From: Chiloscyllium plagiosum
Taxonomy: Eukaryota
Assembly: GCF_004010195.1 (NCBI RefSeq)
Contig: NC_057753.1
Span: forward strand, 3,627,514-3,691,513
Reading direction: 5' to 3'
Length of the DNA: 64,000 nt
In this document: positions 24,937 through 38,700 of the stretch, piece after piece
Layout of the letters: each line of letters starts with the position of its first letter
Numbering within the stretch: the first letter of the stretch is position 1
Program-made: the position numbers and the translations under genes
Notes under the pieces: model-generated
What the model saw: only the letters and a program-made list of their open reading frames with translations
What the model was told of the DNA's origin: nothing
Database searches by the model: none

Positions 24937-26860
24937 GTATGGATTAATCTCCATATACCATTTTTATGCCCATGCCTCTAAATAAACAATACCCCACTGT
25001 ATCCTCTGGAAGTCATCCTCACTATCCGCAATTCCACCAATTCTTACATCATCTACAAACCTATTAATTAGACCAGCTACGTTTTCCTCTAATTCATTTA
25101 TGTAAACGACGAACACGGTTAGTCACAACCCTCCAATCTGTTAAAATATCCTGCCACCGCTACCCTCTGGATTACACGACTAAGCCAGCTTTGTATCCAT
25201 CTTGCCAAATCACCCCTGACTTTTCCTTTTGTACCAGACTGACATGATAGACCTGGTCAAAGGCTTCAGAGAGGCCCTTGTAGACAACATTGATCACTTT
25301 CCCATCATCAAACATCATCGTCACTTCCTGAGAAAACTCGGTCAAGTTTGTGAGTCACTATCATCCCCGCACTATATCATTCTCTCTCTCACTAATAGTT
25401 CATTTGCTTCTTAATTTGTATAGATCATGCCCCTGAATATCTTTTCCAACAATTTCCCTTTCATCGACTTGAGATTCACAGTGCTGTAATTTTATAGATT
25501 ATTCTTTCTATCCTTCTGAAGCAATAAGACTACACTGACTGTTCTTCAGTCCTCTGTGACATCACCTGTGGCCAGAGAGGATACAAAGATATCTAAAAAT
25601 GCTCAAGCAACGTGTTCTCTTGCCTCCCTCCACATTCTGGGATAGATCCTATCAGGACCCAGGGGGCTATCTGGATAAATACTTATTTTGTTTAAGATGT
25701 TCAACACCTCTTCCTTATTAGGAGCAACTTGGCTTAAAAATTCGACACTCCCTTCCTTGAGATCATCCTTCGTCAATTACCTCCCTTTAGTGAATACCGA
25801 GACATCGTATTTGTTTAGGACCTCACCTATGTCTTCTGGTTCCACACGTCGATTCCCTCATTTGTTCTTGAGTGGGCCAACCCTTTCCCTGGCTATGCTG
25901 TTGCTGTTTATATATGTCTAAGAAGCTTCTGGGATTCTGTTTAATCCTGTTTGATAACGACTTTTCACGATCCTTGTGGTCGTTCGAGTTTCTTGTTTCA
26001 ATTCTTTCCTACTTGCCTTATACAATTCAATGGTTTCATCTGCTCACATCCTGTTAGACCTTATGCATTCTTCCTTCTTTTTGACCAAGTTCGTATCGTG
26101 CCTCGTCATACAATGTTCATGTAATTTGCCATTCCTATCCTTCATTCTCGTAAGATTGTGCCGCTCCTGAACTCTTATCAATTGACGTTTGAAATGCTCC
26201 AGCATGTCCGCTGCTGGGTTACCTCTCAACCAGCTGCGGACTATCAGCATTCTCCAGTTCCTGCCTAATATTGTCGTAGTTCGCCTTCCCCAATTTTAAC
26301 ACCTTTCCCGATGACTGCTGTTTTACCTATCTGTGAGTATCTTAAATCTCACTGCATTATGTTCACACTGCAAAAAACTCTCGCCCACTGGAACTTCATT
26401 CACCTGACAGGGCTTATTTTATAAAAGCCAGGTCAGCATAACCCCTTATCTGGTTGGACTGTTCACATGCTGTGTAAACAAACCCTCCTGAATGGCCCTT
26501 AAAAATTCTGCCCCAACCTAGCCCCAAGCATGAAGTGAGTCCAAATCAGTATAGGGGAAGTTAATATCACTTTCTACAACAACCATGCTGTTTTTGCATG
26601 TTTCTAAAATCTATCTACGTAGTCTCTCCTCTATGTGCCACTGACTGTTGGGAGGCTCAGGAGGCTCAGCATTGCGATTTCATGTTTCCTATTCCGGTGG
26701 TCTACCCATATAACCTCGCTGCACGGGTCCTCTGATATATGGTCCCTTAATACAGCCTTGAGATACTCCTTTACCGGTAATACAACTTCACCATATCTTT
26801 TACAATGCCTTCTTTCACATCTGAAACATCTGCCACATTGGATATAAAACCACTGACCTG
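24937..26860 (-). mobile_element. Old CR1 ORF2 fragment (EN to RT); inverted paralog of 3150-4510
   Basis: Colinear reverse-complement similarity to 3150-4510; extends further into a decayed RT. Confidence 0.8.
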
Positions 26861-28924
26861 GATAAACTCGCATTGAATGTAATTGTGAAGTGTTGTGCTA
26901 AGCCGAGAGCACACATCTATATGCAACAGGAATATGTCACACTGTAGATAATTGTACTAAAGTGAATGTACAGTCTCAGGATAGTATGTAATCATATCGC
27001 CTGTGAGCCCTTGTCCTATGGATTGACTAATGATCAATGCTGAAAGCTTGCCAAGATTGGCCGCATTTGCCTTTTTGTCCAGTACATGTCTCAACAAATA
27101 TATGATGAGCCAAGTTGTGGTCGTGCATGAGACCAAACATGATATTTTCAAACCATATATTTAAGGCATTAAATATGCATAGCAATAAGCAATTACTGAA
27201 GAATGAAAATGCACGTGATACCAGGCTGTTTTACATGAAGATGGCCTTGACTTGAGAAGAGATAGTTTTGCTACGATACTTGGAATTAATTTTGACCACC
27301 AAACATAAAGAAATATTTGGACTGTGATTAGACTTGGCATTCGTGCTGAGTTTGCGACTGCTGCCATGGAAATTAATGCGGAGCTCCATTGTCATGGCGA
27401 TGGGGTCCTCAACGTACAAAAGGACACGAGACATACTTGTTTGAATATATCCAATTACTTTAAGCTAAGCAATTTCTGAACCTAATACATATTTTAATGG
27501 AAATCAAATAACTGAAGCTAATAACTTTATATTACATCTGAGCACACTAACGTTTTGGTTTAATTTTGATCAAACGTTCTTTGTGGCACTTCTCCAAGGA
27601 CTGATACTACTTTTGACGTTGCAATCACGACCTAAGCACGACGTTCAAGGAGAAAGCATTCGGTGTCCTCGGATGGCTTTTCCGTTCTAATGAAATGATT
27701 GAATGAGTTACGGTAATGCAATGTTGGGATGAAGTTTTAAAGGAATTCCCCAATGGACTACTTTATGACTGTAAAGGATGGATAGGAGGAACAGGTCTTC
27801 TCCAAGCGGACCGAAAGTCCCTCCAAATGTTGTACATTCAGTTGAAAAGCGTCGGTGATAGGATCGAACCCAAGTCCCCAGAACATTACCTGGGTCCCCA
27901 AATTAACAAGCTATTGCCTCTTCTTATGACATTACTTCCCCTAACTATGAATATGTGGACGTGTCATTATTTTTGAGGAGCATTTGAATCATGGAATACT
28001 GATGTTTCAAAAACAAATCGCAATGCGATGAGGAGCATTTATTGCTAAACTAAAATTGTCCAGAAGGCAATTAAGAGCCACATGGGGGCGAGACCAGTTA
28101 AGGACGATCGTTTCCTTCTCCAAAGTGAGCAAGATGAAGTTTTATTTTTAAATTGGACAATCTGCAATGGGTTCGTAGACATTAGACTCTTAATGCCAGG
28201 AAAAAAAAACTGAATTCAAATTCCAACACGTGTCGTGAAGTTATTGCATTATTTCGAACCCAATCCCCAGAACATTACCTGGGTTTCCGGATTAACAATA
28301 TAGTGGCAACAGCATTAGGCAATCGCTTTCCCTTATGACACTGATTTGGGAAGTGGAAGGTGTGAAGGAAGTTCTGTGCAAAACATGGAAGCCGAACACA
28401 GCCTAGTCCTACTGGCAGTCTGCTGTCTCAGTGGGTTAGAGCACTATTTGAACTTATTTACATGCATTCCACAGGTTAATAACAATGACTGTGTGTGAAC
28501 GCACAGTGCTTTTTACATCTTTCTTTTCCTCTTCCCACATGGTGTCCACTTACATCATCTGTAACAATGTCAGGGCAATGTAAAATATCATTTCAAAGCC
28601 TTCCTTCATGAGCCGTGTCATTGCTCAACCCCACACATCTAACACATTTTCCTACTCTGCTGGACTGCTCAAAGCTATTGTACTGTGATGATATTACCAA
28701 CAGTGTTCATGACTGATGGATTTTACTCCGTTAAACTGATCATTCATTCTATGCACCTTGGTGAAATTTTAAATTTAAGTTGAAATGCCAGCTACCTTTT
28801 ATACAGCCGAGAGTGACGGGAGCTGGGCGGAAGTGAGGTCGGAGCAGGGAGGCAGATTCGTGTCTTGATTCGTGGACCTGGTCAGTTGAAACAACTTGTC
28901 TCTGTCTATTCCATCAAAATTGCA

Positions 28925-29610
28925 AAAATGAACCTGTAGATGCTGGAGATTAGATTCAAGAGTATGGTGCTGAAAGTGCACAACAGATCAGGCAGCATCC
29001 GAGGAGCAGGAGAATCGAAGTTTCAGGCAAAAGCTCATCATCAGGAATGAGGCCGTGAGGCAAGGCTGTAGAGAGACAAGTGGGAGGGAGGGTGGGGCTG
29101 GCAGAAGGTAACTGAGAGTGCGACTGTTAGATTGACGTGAACTAATGTACATTTGTCAGAGAGTCGGAGAGGTGCGAAGGAAGATGGACAGGTAGGACAG
29201 ATCATGAGGGCAGTGCCAAGTTGGAAGGTTGGATCTGGGATAAGGTGGGGGGGAGGTGAAATGAGGAAACTGATGAAATCCACATTGATGCCGTATGTTT
29301 GGAGGGTGCCAGGGCAGAAAATGAGCCGCTCTTCCTCCAGGTGTGGGGTGGTTAGGGAATAGCGATGGAGGAGGCCCAGGACCAGCATGTCCTTGGCGGA
29401 GTGGGAGGGGGAGTAAAAGTGTTTCGCCACGGTGCGGGTGGGGCTAGGTTATGCAGGTGTCCAGAGATTTTCTCTGAAGTGCTCTTCAGGCTGGTGTCTT
29501 ATTTCGTCAATGCAGAGGAGACAGCATCTGGAGTGATAGGTACAGAAATGACGTGTGGAAGTGCAGATAAAACTCTGATGGATGTGAAAGGCTCCTTTGG
29601 GGCCTTGAGT
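28925..29610 (-). mobile_element. Penelope-like element 3' fragment: GIY-YIG endonuclease C-terminus plus terminal repeat
   Basis: GPKGAFHIHQSFICTS.....C.L.I.E......HF.E then AKHFYSPSHSAKDMLVLGLL...LEEERLIF.PGTLQTYGINVDF; runs directly into the gatgctgcctga.ctg...tccagcatct terminal repeat with a decayed ctgatga...gaaac core. Confidence 0.85.
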
Positions 29611-30101
29611 TCGGTCAAAGTGCCTACTTACCTCTCGACACCCTTAATCATTATGATTAACTTAATAAGTCTCTAATTAACTTTGTTTTACTCGGAAGAT
29701 AGCAATTTTAGCCTCTGAAATTTCTCCAAAATTCCTCATTTGTGCACGTGGAAAATATTGAGCGTTGTCAGGATGGGAAATTGGAAAGAAAGAAAACAAA
29801 AGTTCTAGTCTCCTTCTTTGTGAATCTTTCGAAACTCTCCGGGAATCCGAGTCAGATAATAGCTGTACTAATATGCACAAACAGTCAAGGGACATTTCGT
29901 TTCTTTACGACATTAAATTATTGCCTCTTGGTGACATTAGCTGATCTGAGACAATGAAAGAATTCTCATTCCTGATCATGGAACATTCAAACCTTATCTC
30001 AGCTTTGGAACATTCAGAATTTGGAAGCAAAAAAGACAGCGAAAGCCTCGAAATGGAACTACCCCAGTGTGAGAGATACTGGATACCTGGAGACAAGAAT
30101 G

Positions 30102-31961
30102 TGTCTGCAATAAATGGGTTTGGATTGATCCAGTATTTTCAGAATGAATGCTCTAGCCTTTCCTTTAGAAGATAAAACTGATAAATAACAGATACCTTTC
30201 CAATGAGCAGCAGAAGGCATTAACTAGCTGCCATAGTACTTCATAGGATCTTGCAAGCTATTTTGCCTCAATCTTTTGTCTTAATTGGTCAACTCATTTT
30301 GCTGTTAACTGAAAGGCTGGCTATCCGGAGCTCCCAGGGTCCATAACCCTGTTGCTCTTTCCTCATCAGCATTCTTTTTGACAGATTTTTAAATCGTCAA
30401 CTGGGACTTCTGACTGCAAGACGATTTGTCCCACTGCTAGCTTCATTGTTATCCTGGAAGACACCAACAGGCAACTTTTATTGCATGAATATTTCCACTG
30501 CAATAATCAAATTATTAGACAGAATATATACTTACATTTAACTCAGTATACCTTTATGAAGAGATTGAATTCAAACAAACACATCGTTGCTTTTCTCTTC
30601 TCCAACTGAATGAGACGGGGACAAGGAGCAGGATTTTATCCCACGTTCTGCAATCCCCCACTGCCAGCAGAAACCGACCATTTAGCTTCAGCAGTGGCTT
30701 CCTGCCCAAATCTGAAATGCAAGATCCTCCATACCGGGTGAAATCTCGCAATACATTGAACTCAGTCAGGAGAGTATGTTCCATTCAGTAAACCATCAAC
30801 AGCATTTACGCATTTCGCGACTTTGAGAGTCATTTTGGACAAAGTTAACATTGTGGAACCCAGCAGAGTGAAACTGCAAAAGGAAAGTGACCACGGCCGA
30901 GGGAATTGCTGACTGACTACTATTGGAAATTTTACTCAAACTGGAAACTCAATTGGATACATATTCTAATTTCAGTTTGTGGATTTACAGTCAGATTTGG
31001 GAAGTAAGTAAAATTGTTCAATTAGGCAATAGCTGCCTGATTTTGATTGGTATAATTTAATCACTTCAACTTCTTTCTCGAAAAGAGGAGCTGTTTTGAG
31101 TTGATGAACGTAAGCATACAGGCATGATAACTAATACTGTTATGTGGCGTTTATTGTGACAGGATGTAACTGTTGTAACGGAGATGTCTTGCTGCAATAC
31201 TATTGCGCCTAGGTGATACCACCCGCGAAGTATATTGTGCAGTTTTGATCTCCTTATCTGAGGAAGGATGTTCTGGCTAAAGAGGGAGTTTAGCAGATTA
31301 ATTTCTCGGATGGCCGGACTGCCATACGACAAGAGGTTGGACTGGTTATCAATACCATATCTGGAGTGCAGAAAAACTGAGTGGGGAATGGGATATTTCA
31401 TAGAAACCTATAAAATTCTAGCAGGAATTGCCAGGGAAGATTCGACATTTTCTGAAGGGCATGTTGGGCTGAACATGTTCCTGATGACAGGGGAATCCAG
31501 ACAGAGGGGTCACCAATCAAGGAACAGAACAGCCTAGTCTCAGATGAGGAGAAATTATGCTACCTGGAGAGTTCGATAAGCCTTTGAAATTATTTGCCAC
31601 TGAAAACAGTTATCGCCAAAACGTTGAATGTTTTCAAGAAGGAGTCAGGTACAATTCTTACAGCTAAAGGGATTAAGAGGTATGTGGTGAAGGGGTGGAA
31701 TGAACAGTGCAATGTCTGCAGTAAATGGGATTGGACTGCTCCAATTTCTCCAGAATGAATGCTCTAGCCTTTCCTTCAGAAGATAAAACTGATCAACAAC
31801 AGATACCTCTCCAATTAGGATCAAGAAGCATTAACTAGCTGCCATGCTACTTTATAGGATATTGTAGGCTATTTTGCCTCAATCTTTGTGTCTTAATTGG
31901 TCAACTCATTTGGCTGATAACTGAAAGGTTGGCTGTCCGGAACTGCCAGAGTCTACACCCT
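30102..31961 (+). repeat. Direct dispersed duplication of ~250 bp (30102-30350 and 31713-31961)
   Basis: Shared cagaatgaatgctctagcctttcctt.agaagataaaactgat, cattaactagctgccat, gctattttgcctcaatcttt, tcttaattggtcaactcattt. Confidence 0.9.
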
Positions 31962-32040
31962 TTTAGCCATAAACATATTAAATGGCACAGTAGCCTCGAT
32001 GGGAAGATTGGACCACTACTGCTCTATTTTCTATGTTTCT
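31090..32040 (+). mobile_element. Degraded CR1 3' end with an internal 250-bp insertion
   Basis: YCVQF.SPYLRKDVLA...FSRLISRMAGLPYDKRL, IETYKIL.G, ESR.RGH; 3' UTR ending ctatgtttcta. Confidence 0.8.
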
Positions 32041-32399
32041 ACCTCAGTCATGTTTGATCAGCTGACAAGGGCAGTGAAGACTACTGTGTCTATAATTTGA
32101 AATGAAATGGCAATATCGGGTGATATTCAATGTCAGGGCGGTAGCATTTTTTGTGAGTCATCAACAAAACTGAAGGCACAACTGCTGTGCCGGAAGTCTG
32201 CAAATATTTGATGTAGATTCAAGGACGTGTGCAGACGTGGAAAAAGGCGAAGCCCACATGACCAGAATTGCCCCCATGTCTCTGATCGCAAAAAGAAATT
32301 ACAGACGACGAACAAATATGCGACAATAATTTCAAGCAATCCTCCCTGACTGACTTATATGATGAATACAACTCTTGCCATCAGTGTTCTGGATACATT

Positions 32400-32745
32400 A
32401 CAGAATCTCCAAAAGTATGGAAACTTGCCATTCAGCTCAACATGTCCCTCTTAAGAATATCCCATCCAGACCTATTCCCCTAACTTATCCCTATAACCTT
32501 GCATTCCCCATGGCTAATGTACCCGATCTACACATCTCTGAACACTATTAGTAATTTAGCATGGCCAATCCATCTAACCTGCACATCTTTGAAACGTTGG
32601 AGGAAACCAGAGCAGCCAGCGGAACCCCACACAGACATGGGGAAAACGTGTAAACTCCACACTGACAGTGGCTTAGTGTTGGAACCCAGGCCCCTGGCAC
32701 TGTGAGACAGCAGAACTGACCACTGAGACACGTTCACGCCCCACA
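32400..32745 (-). mobile_element. V-SINE, diverged copy
   Basis: Reverse V-domain ggaggaaaccagagca...cccacacagacatggggaaaacgtgtaaactccacac and head cactgtgagacagcag...accactg. Confidence 0.8.
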
Positions 32746-32946
32746 ATAATCTTCAATATGTAGGTGTAAGAAAATTGGAAATTGACTGCAAACTAAAACA
32801 CTGACTTTTGTAGTCATGCAACATTCGTTATGCATTTCTAAATTTATCCCTTAGGCAATGTCTGAAAAGTCCCTTATGTGATGCTATGTGTCAAAGAAAG
32901 CATTTGCTGCCCTACATTATACAAATGATTTTTGATTACCCCTTTA

Positions 32947-33857
32947 TCAATACTTAAATATATTAATAAATATGTTCAAAGCAAATCTCCCTCCATTCTT
33001 TAACTCATCTCTAATTTTGCTCTGCGGCACAGCATAAATGAATGGGTTGATGCAGGAACTCAATAACTGTAGCATGTATCCCGTTTGCTCCAAATAAAAC
33101 ATGGAATAACGTGATGTAGATCCTGAGGAATAAGTGATATTCGCAGCTCGAACATAGAGAATATTTAGGAAAAATAGCAAATATAACAGATTGAAGGTGC
33201 CCGAAATGGAAAAGAGCAAAATAATGGACTTTCTCCGCTTCTCCATCTCTGGGTCACACTGATTCTCTCCATTGTTCTGAATCTGAAGTGTCCTACGGGT
33301 TCTATTAGCCGAGAGAATGCGTCTGATGGTCAGCACATTCAGTAGTAAAATTAGAATGAAAGGTAGACACGGATTTAGAATAGAACGGATCCAGTCATAT
33401 GCAGCCCAAGCAGATGATGTATAATATATTTCCTTTAAGCTACAAAACCAGGGTATACTGTTAATTTCATACCTAGGTTCCAATACAAAATATAAGAAAC
33501 TGTTTTTCATGCAGCACAGAGTAGAGACTACCCCTATCACCCACGCTGCCACCTTCTTAGTGCAATAATTTGCTTTCAGGTTCTGGCACGATATAGCTAC
33601 AAATCGATCAAAGGTAAAAGCGATGGTTAACCAGGCGGAGTTGTCAATAACTGCCATATTTAGTGCAGTGCGAAAACTGCACACTGGTGTGATAGAAAGG
33701 AAACTGGATGGGAAATAAATCCCGACAATCCGATTTAAAATTACAGCTGTGACCATGACCAAGAGATCTGTCACTGCCATTGACACCAAGTAGTACATGA
33801 TGCACCTCGATAGACCACAGGTGTTTTGAGACAGGATTGCAACCACTGCCAGATTAG
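32947..33857 (-). CDS. GPR139-like: GPR139-like GPCR copy 3, exon 2 (gene 35664-32947, 326 aa, intact)
   Basis: Acceptor ctttcttacag|CT AAT; open frame with DLL (TM2), TPVC, FTFDRF, PWFC, PCLPF, NPFIY; stop at 32947-32949. Confidence 0.9.
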
Positions 33858-34846
33858 CTGTAAGAAAGGTAGAGAATGAGTTTTAGTAGGAGCATTTGTC
33901 CTTCCGACCACAGCCACGTTTACAGGATTTTCTAAGCAAGTGTGAGATTTGAAATGAAAATCTTAATTGGGACATTATTTCTCAAATGACAAATAATTAA
34001 TTTTTAAATTAAACATTGAAATGCCGTTTAAATAGAAACCAAATTCATGATGCAGCAAGGAAAAATACTTAGTTACGACTCATCCCAGAGTGAGTATACG
34101 TTTTAAAAATGCATTTAATTTATCGCAAACATATCAATAGCAAACTGAAGCAAAATCACATTGAAAAATAAAACGTAGACTATGTTGAAGGGATAGGTTA
34201 CAAAACACCAACAATGAGATTGGAAACTAACAATAAAAATGGCTCCGTTTTAATGAATTGTTGGAATCATTTTCACTGTTGGAAAAGCAGGCATTCGACT
34301 TGTTGAATATTATGTTGGAAAGAAACTGACACATCGTAACTCTCCAAATTCATGCAGGACATGCTGGGATGGAGACAAGAATGCAGCTGTTCATGTGACA
34401 ATCATCTGTGATTTTTGGTATTAATGCTAACCATTCGAACTGCTGCTGATCATTTATTTATCTTAAGAACTTCCTATAGAAATTTATCAGTGTTCCTTTG
34501 TATTGTCAATGTAGATAATGATTTCTTCCTCATTTTCATTTTCGAAATTAAGGCTTCAAAATGAAATACAATTGATGCCAGCAGATCGATGGATTTACTC
34601 AATCTGTGAGGAACAGCCAAGTTAGAAATAGTATAAGACATTGACAGATTCTGGAATCATGTGGAAATCCCAAATCAGCAGTCATCACATTAGAATAATT
34701 AGAAACAGTGAATGCAGAATGGGAGTGCAATCCTAAAACAGTAATCATTATGGACTGAAAACAGTAATCTATGATCTGTGCATTAGTGCCAACTTCCAAT
34801 CTTCCTTTAAGAGAAAATAGAATATTGCTATATATCTTGGAAAATT

Positions 34847-35157
34847 TGATTAGATTAGATTACCTACAGTGTGGAAACAGGCCCTTTGGCCCAACAATTC
34901 CACACCGACCCTCGGAAGAGCAACCCACCCAAGCCCATTCCCCTACATTTACGCTTCACCTAACAGTCTGGGCAATTTAGCACGGCCAATTCACCTACTC
35001 TGCACATTTTTGGACTGTGGGAGGAAGCCGGAGCAAACCCACACAGACACGGGGAGAATGTGCAAACTCCACACAGACAGTTGCCTGAAGCGGGAATTGA
35101 ATTGGGTCTCTGGCGCTGTGAGACAGCAGTGCTAACCACTGTGCCACCGTGCCGCCC
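34847..35157 (-). mobile_element. HE1/V-SINE inside the intron of copy 3
   Basis: Reverse complement of the 19322 element; (gatta)n tail at 34847-34862; absent from the copy 2 intron. Confidence 0.92.
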
Positions 35158-35594
35158 ATTTCGAAAACTAATTATTCACCTTCAATAAAATCAGTCATTA
35201 AATACCGATGGAATATTTTCAATAGTTCAAACTACTCAAGCAAAACTCACTCGTGGTTATTACCTCGTACTTCCAACGAAAACTGCACGATAAAACTGCA
35301 TACACTTCGGGATGACTGTGGAAATAACCCCCAAAATTATCTAAAATGTGAGAATAACGGGAGAAGTCACCTGAATAAGTATCAATGCCACAGTGGATCT
35401 ATTTGGTAATGCATGCAACATCGTGTTGCCACCTCAAAAGTGGAATTGGGTTGGCAGTGTGGCAGTACTTATAACTCATTTGCGTTATAGTTGCCTTGAA
35501 TACAGTGGAAATGTAATACAAAAACTATGCGTATTCAACATATCAAAGTGTTGAAGTCAAACGTTATATGCAGTTTACACTTGCAACATTTAAC

Positions 35595-35664
35595 CTGGAA
35601 GACCAATAGCTGCAAGGACTGGATAGTAAATGGCAAAGACCAATCCTTTTGGTATCTCATGCAT
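35595..35664 (-). CDS. GPR139-like: GPR139-like GPCR copy 3, exon 1 (70 nt)
   Basis: MHEIPKGLVFAIYYPVLAAIGLP-G|gttaaa; same 70-nt phase-1 exon as copies 2 and 4. Confidence 0.85.
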
Positions 35665-35714
35665 TTCTGACAGATATTCAGAGCACTTTCCAAGAATCAT
35701 CGAACGGGACAACG

Positions 35715-35762
35715 TTTATACAGGGTGATATATGCATTGCAGGCTCCAGGGAGTTAATTAGT
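35715..35762 (-). promoter_or_regulatory. Putative core promoter of copy 3: TAATTAA + CTCCCTGGAG + TATAAA
   Basis: Identical 23-mer to copy 2 with the same 40-bp TAATTA-to-TATA spacing; TATA 56 bp upstream of the ATG. Confidence 0.55.
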
Positions 35763-38700
35763 AAGAATTTTTTTTGTAATTATGTTTATTGCAATAAACA
35801 GATTAGTGCAGTTTCTCCTTGGCTGCCCTCTTATTGGATTGGATTTTTATTTCATGAGGCATAAAATTGATCTAAAGTGATACGTACTACAATTACCTGA
35901 GGATCAAGGTTCTATTTTGTTTTAAAAAACATTGCTACCTGAATATTGTCTTCAGTACAAAGCATTGACGTTCTCGAGAAACTTTAATGAGATAAGCAAA
36001 TATTTCAAAGAAAGCACAGTCAGGTTCGACGACTACTCTATCACTTGGGCCATGATTTAGCTGCAACATGAATCTAGTCAATATCGATCCAGTAAAATAT
36101 TCATCTGAACAGATGGATTTAAGATGTCGTCAGCTTTGTTAGATTCACGGTTCTTTGATGTAATCTCACGACAATTAAATTTTGTAGAGCGAGATTCAGG
36201 TTCAGTGCAGTGCATCTGTAACCAATATGTTGAAATATGATTCATCGTGGTTAAGTTCAGCACGGCCTGTTCCAGTTCATCAGCTTTAAAATCCATGTGG
36301 ATTTTTAATAAATCAGCACAGTTATATCTATTTAGGACATCATCAGTTGAGTAAATCTACATTCAGACTTGACAAGTGTGCTTCTGTTCAGCATACTTGC
36401 GAGAAATGTGATTCACTACAAGTCAGCCAGTTGACATTCACTGTTGCCAAGTCCATCAGAAAATGATTTCATTCGTTGTACACAGGCTCCTATTGCGCAA
36501 ATATCTTGCATTGACAAGATCTTACTCAGCACATTTGAATTAAATTACTAAGGCTAGCTCAATACGAATTCTATAAAAGTGTAGTGGTGAACATTTGCGA
36601 GGTTTTAAGGTCATCATAACAGAGGCGTGAATAGGCAAGGGATAGAAGCCATGGACCATGTCAAGGCTGAAATTACTTCATGGCGGCTGGTATCCCATCA
36701 CCAAGTCACTAATCTCTCCGAGGGCATTATCGCACCAGGTTCACTTCAACCGATTCTGCCTCTGAAATTGGCAGCGTGTATCAGATCATGACATGCCTTT
36801 GTGCCTTGAGTATCTTAGAAGAGATTCGACCTCTTCAGGTGGTAGCTCCGTCGATGATGTGATACCTGCCTTATGCATCACCGCAAAAAGGAGGAGAGCT
36901 CATGGAGTCTAAGAGACTTGCTGGATGTTCTGAGGGGCCGGATAAATTTTCCTCTTGCTCCATATTCAAGGTTGCAAAATTCATGTAGTCCACGTGCTTA
37001 TTCAGAGCATCCTCTTCTACCCTAAGTTGATGCATCACTTGTTTTGACCTGATGTCGAACATGCCTCTTACCATGCAGGGCCACTTACGTGATTTCAACA
37101 GTGAACTTCCTCCCCCAAAAGGAAAGGTCGTCTTTCATTTAGAGGAGTCTTCTGTCCGACATTGGCCTTCCTGATTCATTGTCAGCATTCCGCAACTCAA
37201 GACGCCACAGCAGATCTGGGAATATCAGGTTTTATTTGACGCATATACTTCGGCCCATCAGCGACTCGATTGGAACTGTCATTGTAGTTGCATGTGGGGT
37301 CAGCCGATAATCAATTAGGAACTGGGACAGTTTGGTATCGAGTGAAACTGTAAACTGTTTCTATAAGCTTGCCTTCAAAGTTTGCTATAATCTTTCCACC
37401 AGGTTATTGGACGCTGGATTGTATGGAGCTGTCCTTACTACTTTATAAAATGCCATTCGACTTTTGGAAATAATCCAATTCCCTGCTGGTGAAGGATTGC
37501 CCGCTGACAGTGACCAGTGCATCTGGGTGTCTGACTATTTTAACAGATGCTCGCAGTTTTTAAATCATTGTCCCTGTGTTTGATAAATGAACTCTAAGCA
37601 CGTGCAACCACAATAACTAAGAACATTGAGCCTATGGAAGGTTTGACACTGTCAATATGTGACCAACAATTAGTACGAATCTGTGGAAGCCGTGGCCCGT
37701 AATGTTTGTCCTTGTTTGGCACTATAGGCACTTCCCCGCCATTTCAGCATCCAATCCTGGCCATCAAACAACCTCTTGCCAATATCTTAATTTTAAAACC
37801 TTTGAATGACACAGTCTCGGAGAGAATAATTTGCTCAGGGCAATCTGCTGCTCCCTGTCGGCCAACCTATTTAGTGATCCTGTGTCACCGGGTCCAGAGA
37901 GGTTTCAGGTCCGATTGTAATGGCCTTTTCGTTTTCCTCATCACCATCAGCTCTTTCAGTTTTGCCAGGATGGGATCTCTTTGCTTCCATTGTCTGATAT
38001 TGTCAGCAGTGACCAGATGGATAGAATCTCAACTGTGTGGAGGAAGGCTATTTTGACCAATAAGCCCACAAAAGCCCTCTGAAGAGTATCCTACCCAGAC
38101 CCATTCCTTTACCCTGTTATTTCACATTTCCCCTGACTCATGCAACTAACCTACACATCCCTGAAAACTGTGGAAAATTTAGCTTGGTCAATTCACCAAG
38201 CTGCACATCCCAGAGGAAACCCACGCAGACACGGGGAATAATGTGTATACTCCACCATGACAGTCACCCCATGCTGCTATCGAGCTGCTAACCATTGAGT
38301 TACAGTGCCGTCCAGATTTCCAGAGAGTTCGTAAAGGAAGCAAACTCTTCTAGTGACCGTACCACAACAGTGTATCCAACAGTGTGAGGCCCTCAAGGCA
38401 TCCGTATTTGCCTCGTGGCCTCCAGGACAGCATTCCAAATTCTAACAGAATACCCTTTGAATAAGAGTCCACCACTGACTATGAGCTGAAGTTATGGGCA
38501 GCACGGTGCTCAGTAGCTCTGGTACGAGTTTTTGTGATCTGTTGCTGTTGCAAATTTGTGTCTTTAAAAGTACTGGTGGAACTTCCTCTCATCAAAGGTG
38601 ACCGTTAAACTTTCCTTCTCTATCTTGGTTTAATTTAATTCTGTATTAGCCAAAATACTGGAAACATGCATTCACGGGCTTTGCTCTCTGCTGGACCACC

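Noticed and set aside
17450..32745. V-SINEs at ~17450 and ~32400 as one pre-duplication insertion
   Set aside because: Both are on the minus strand although the arms are inverted, and they occupy different relative sites, so they are independent insertions
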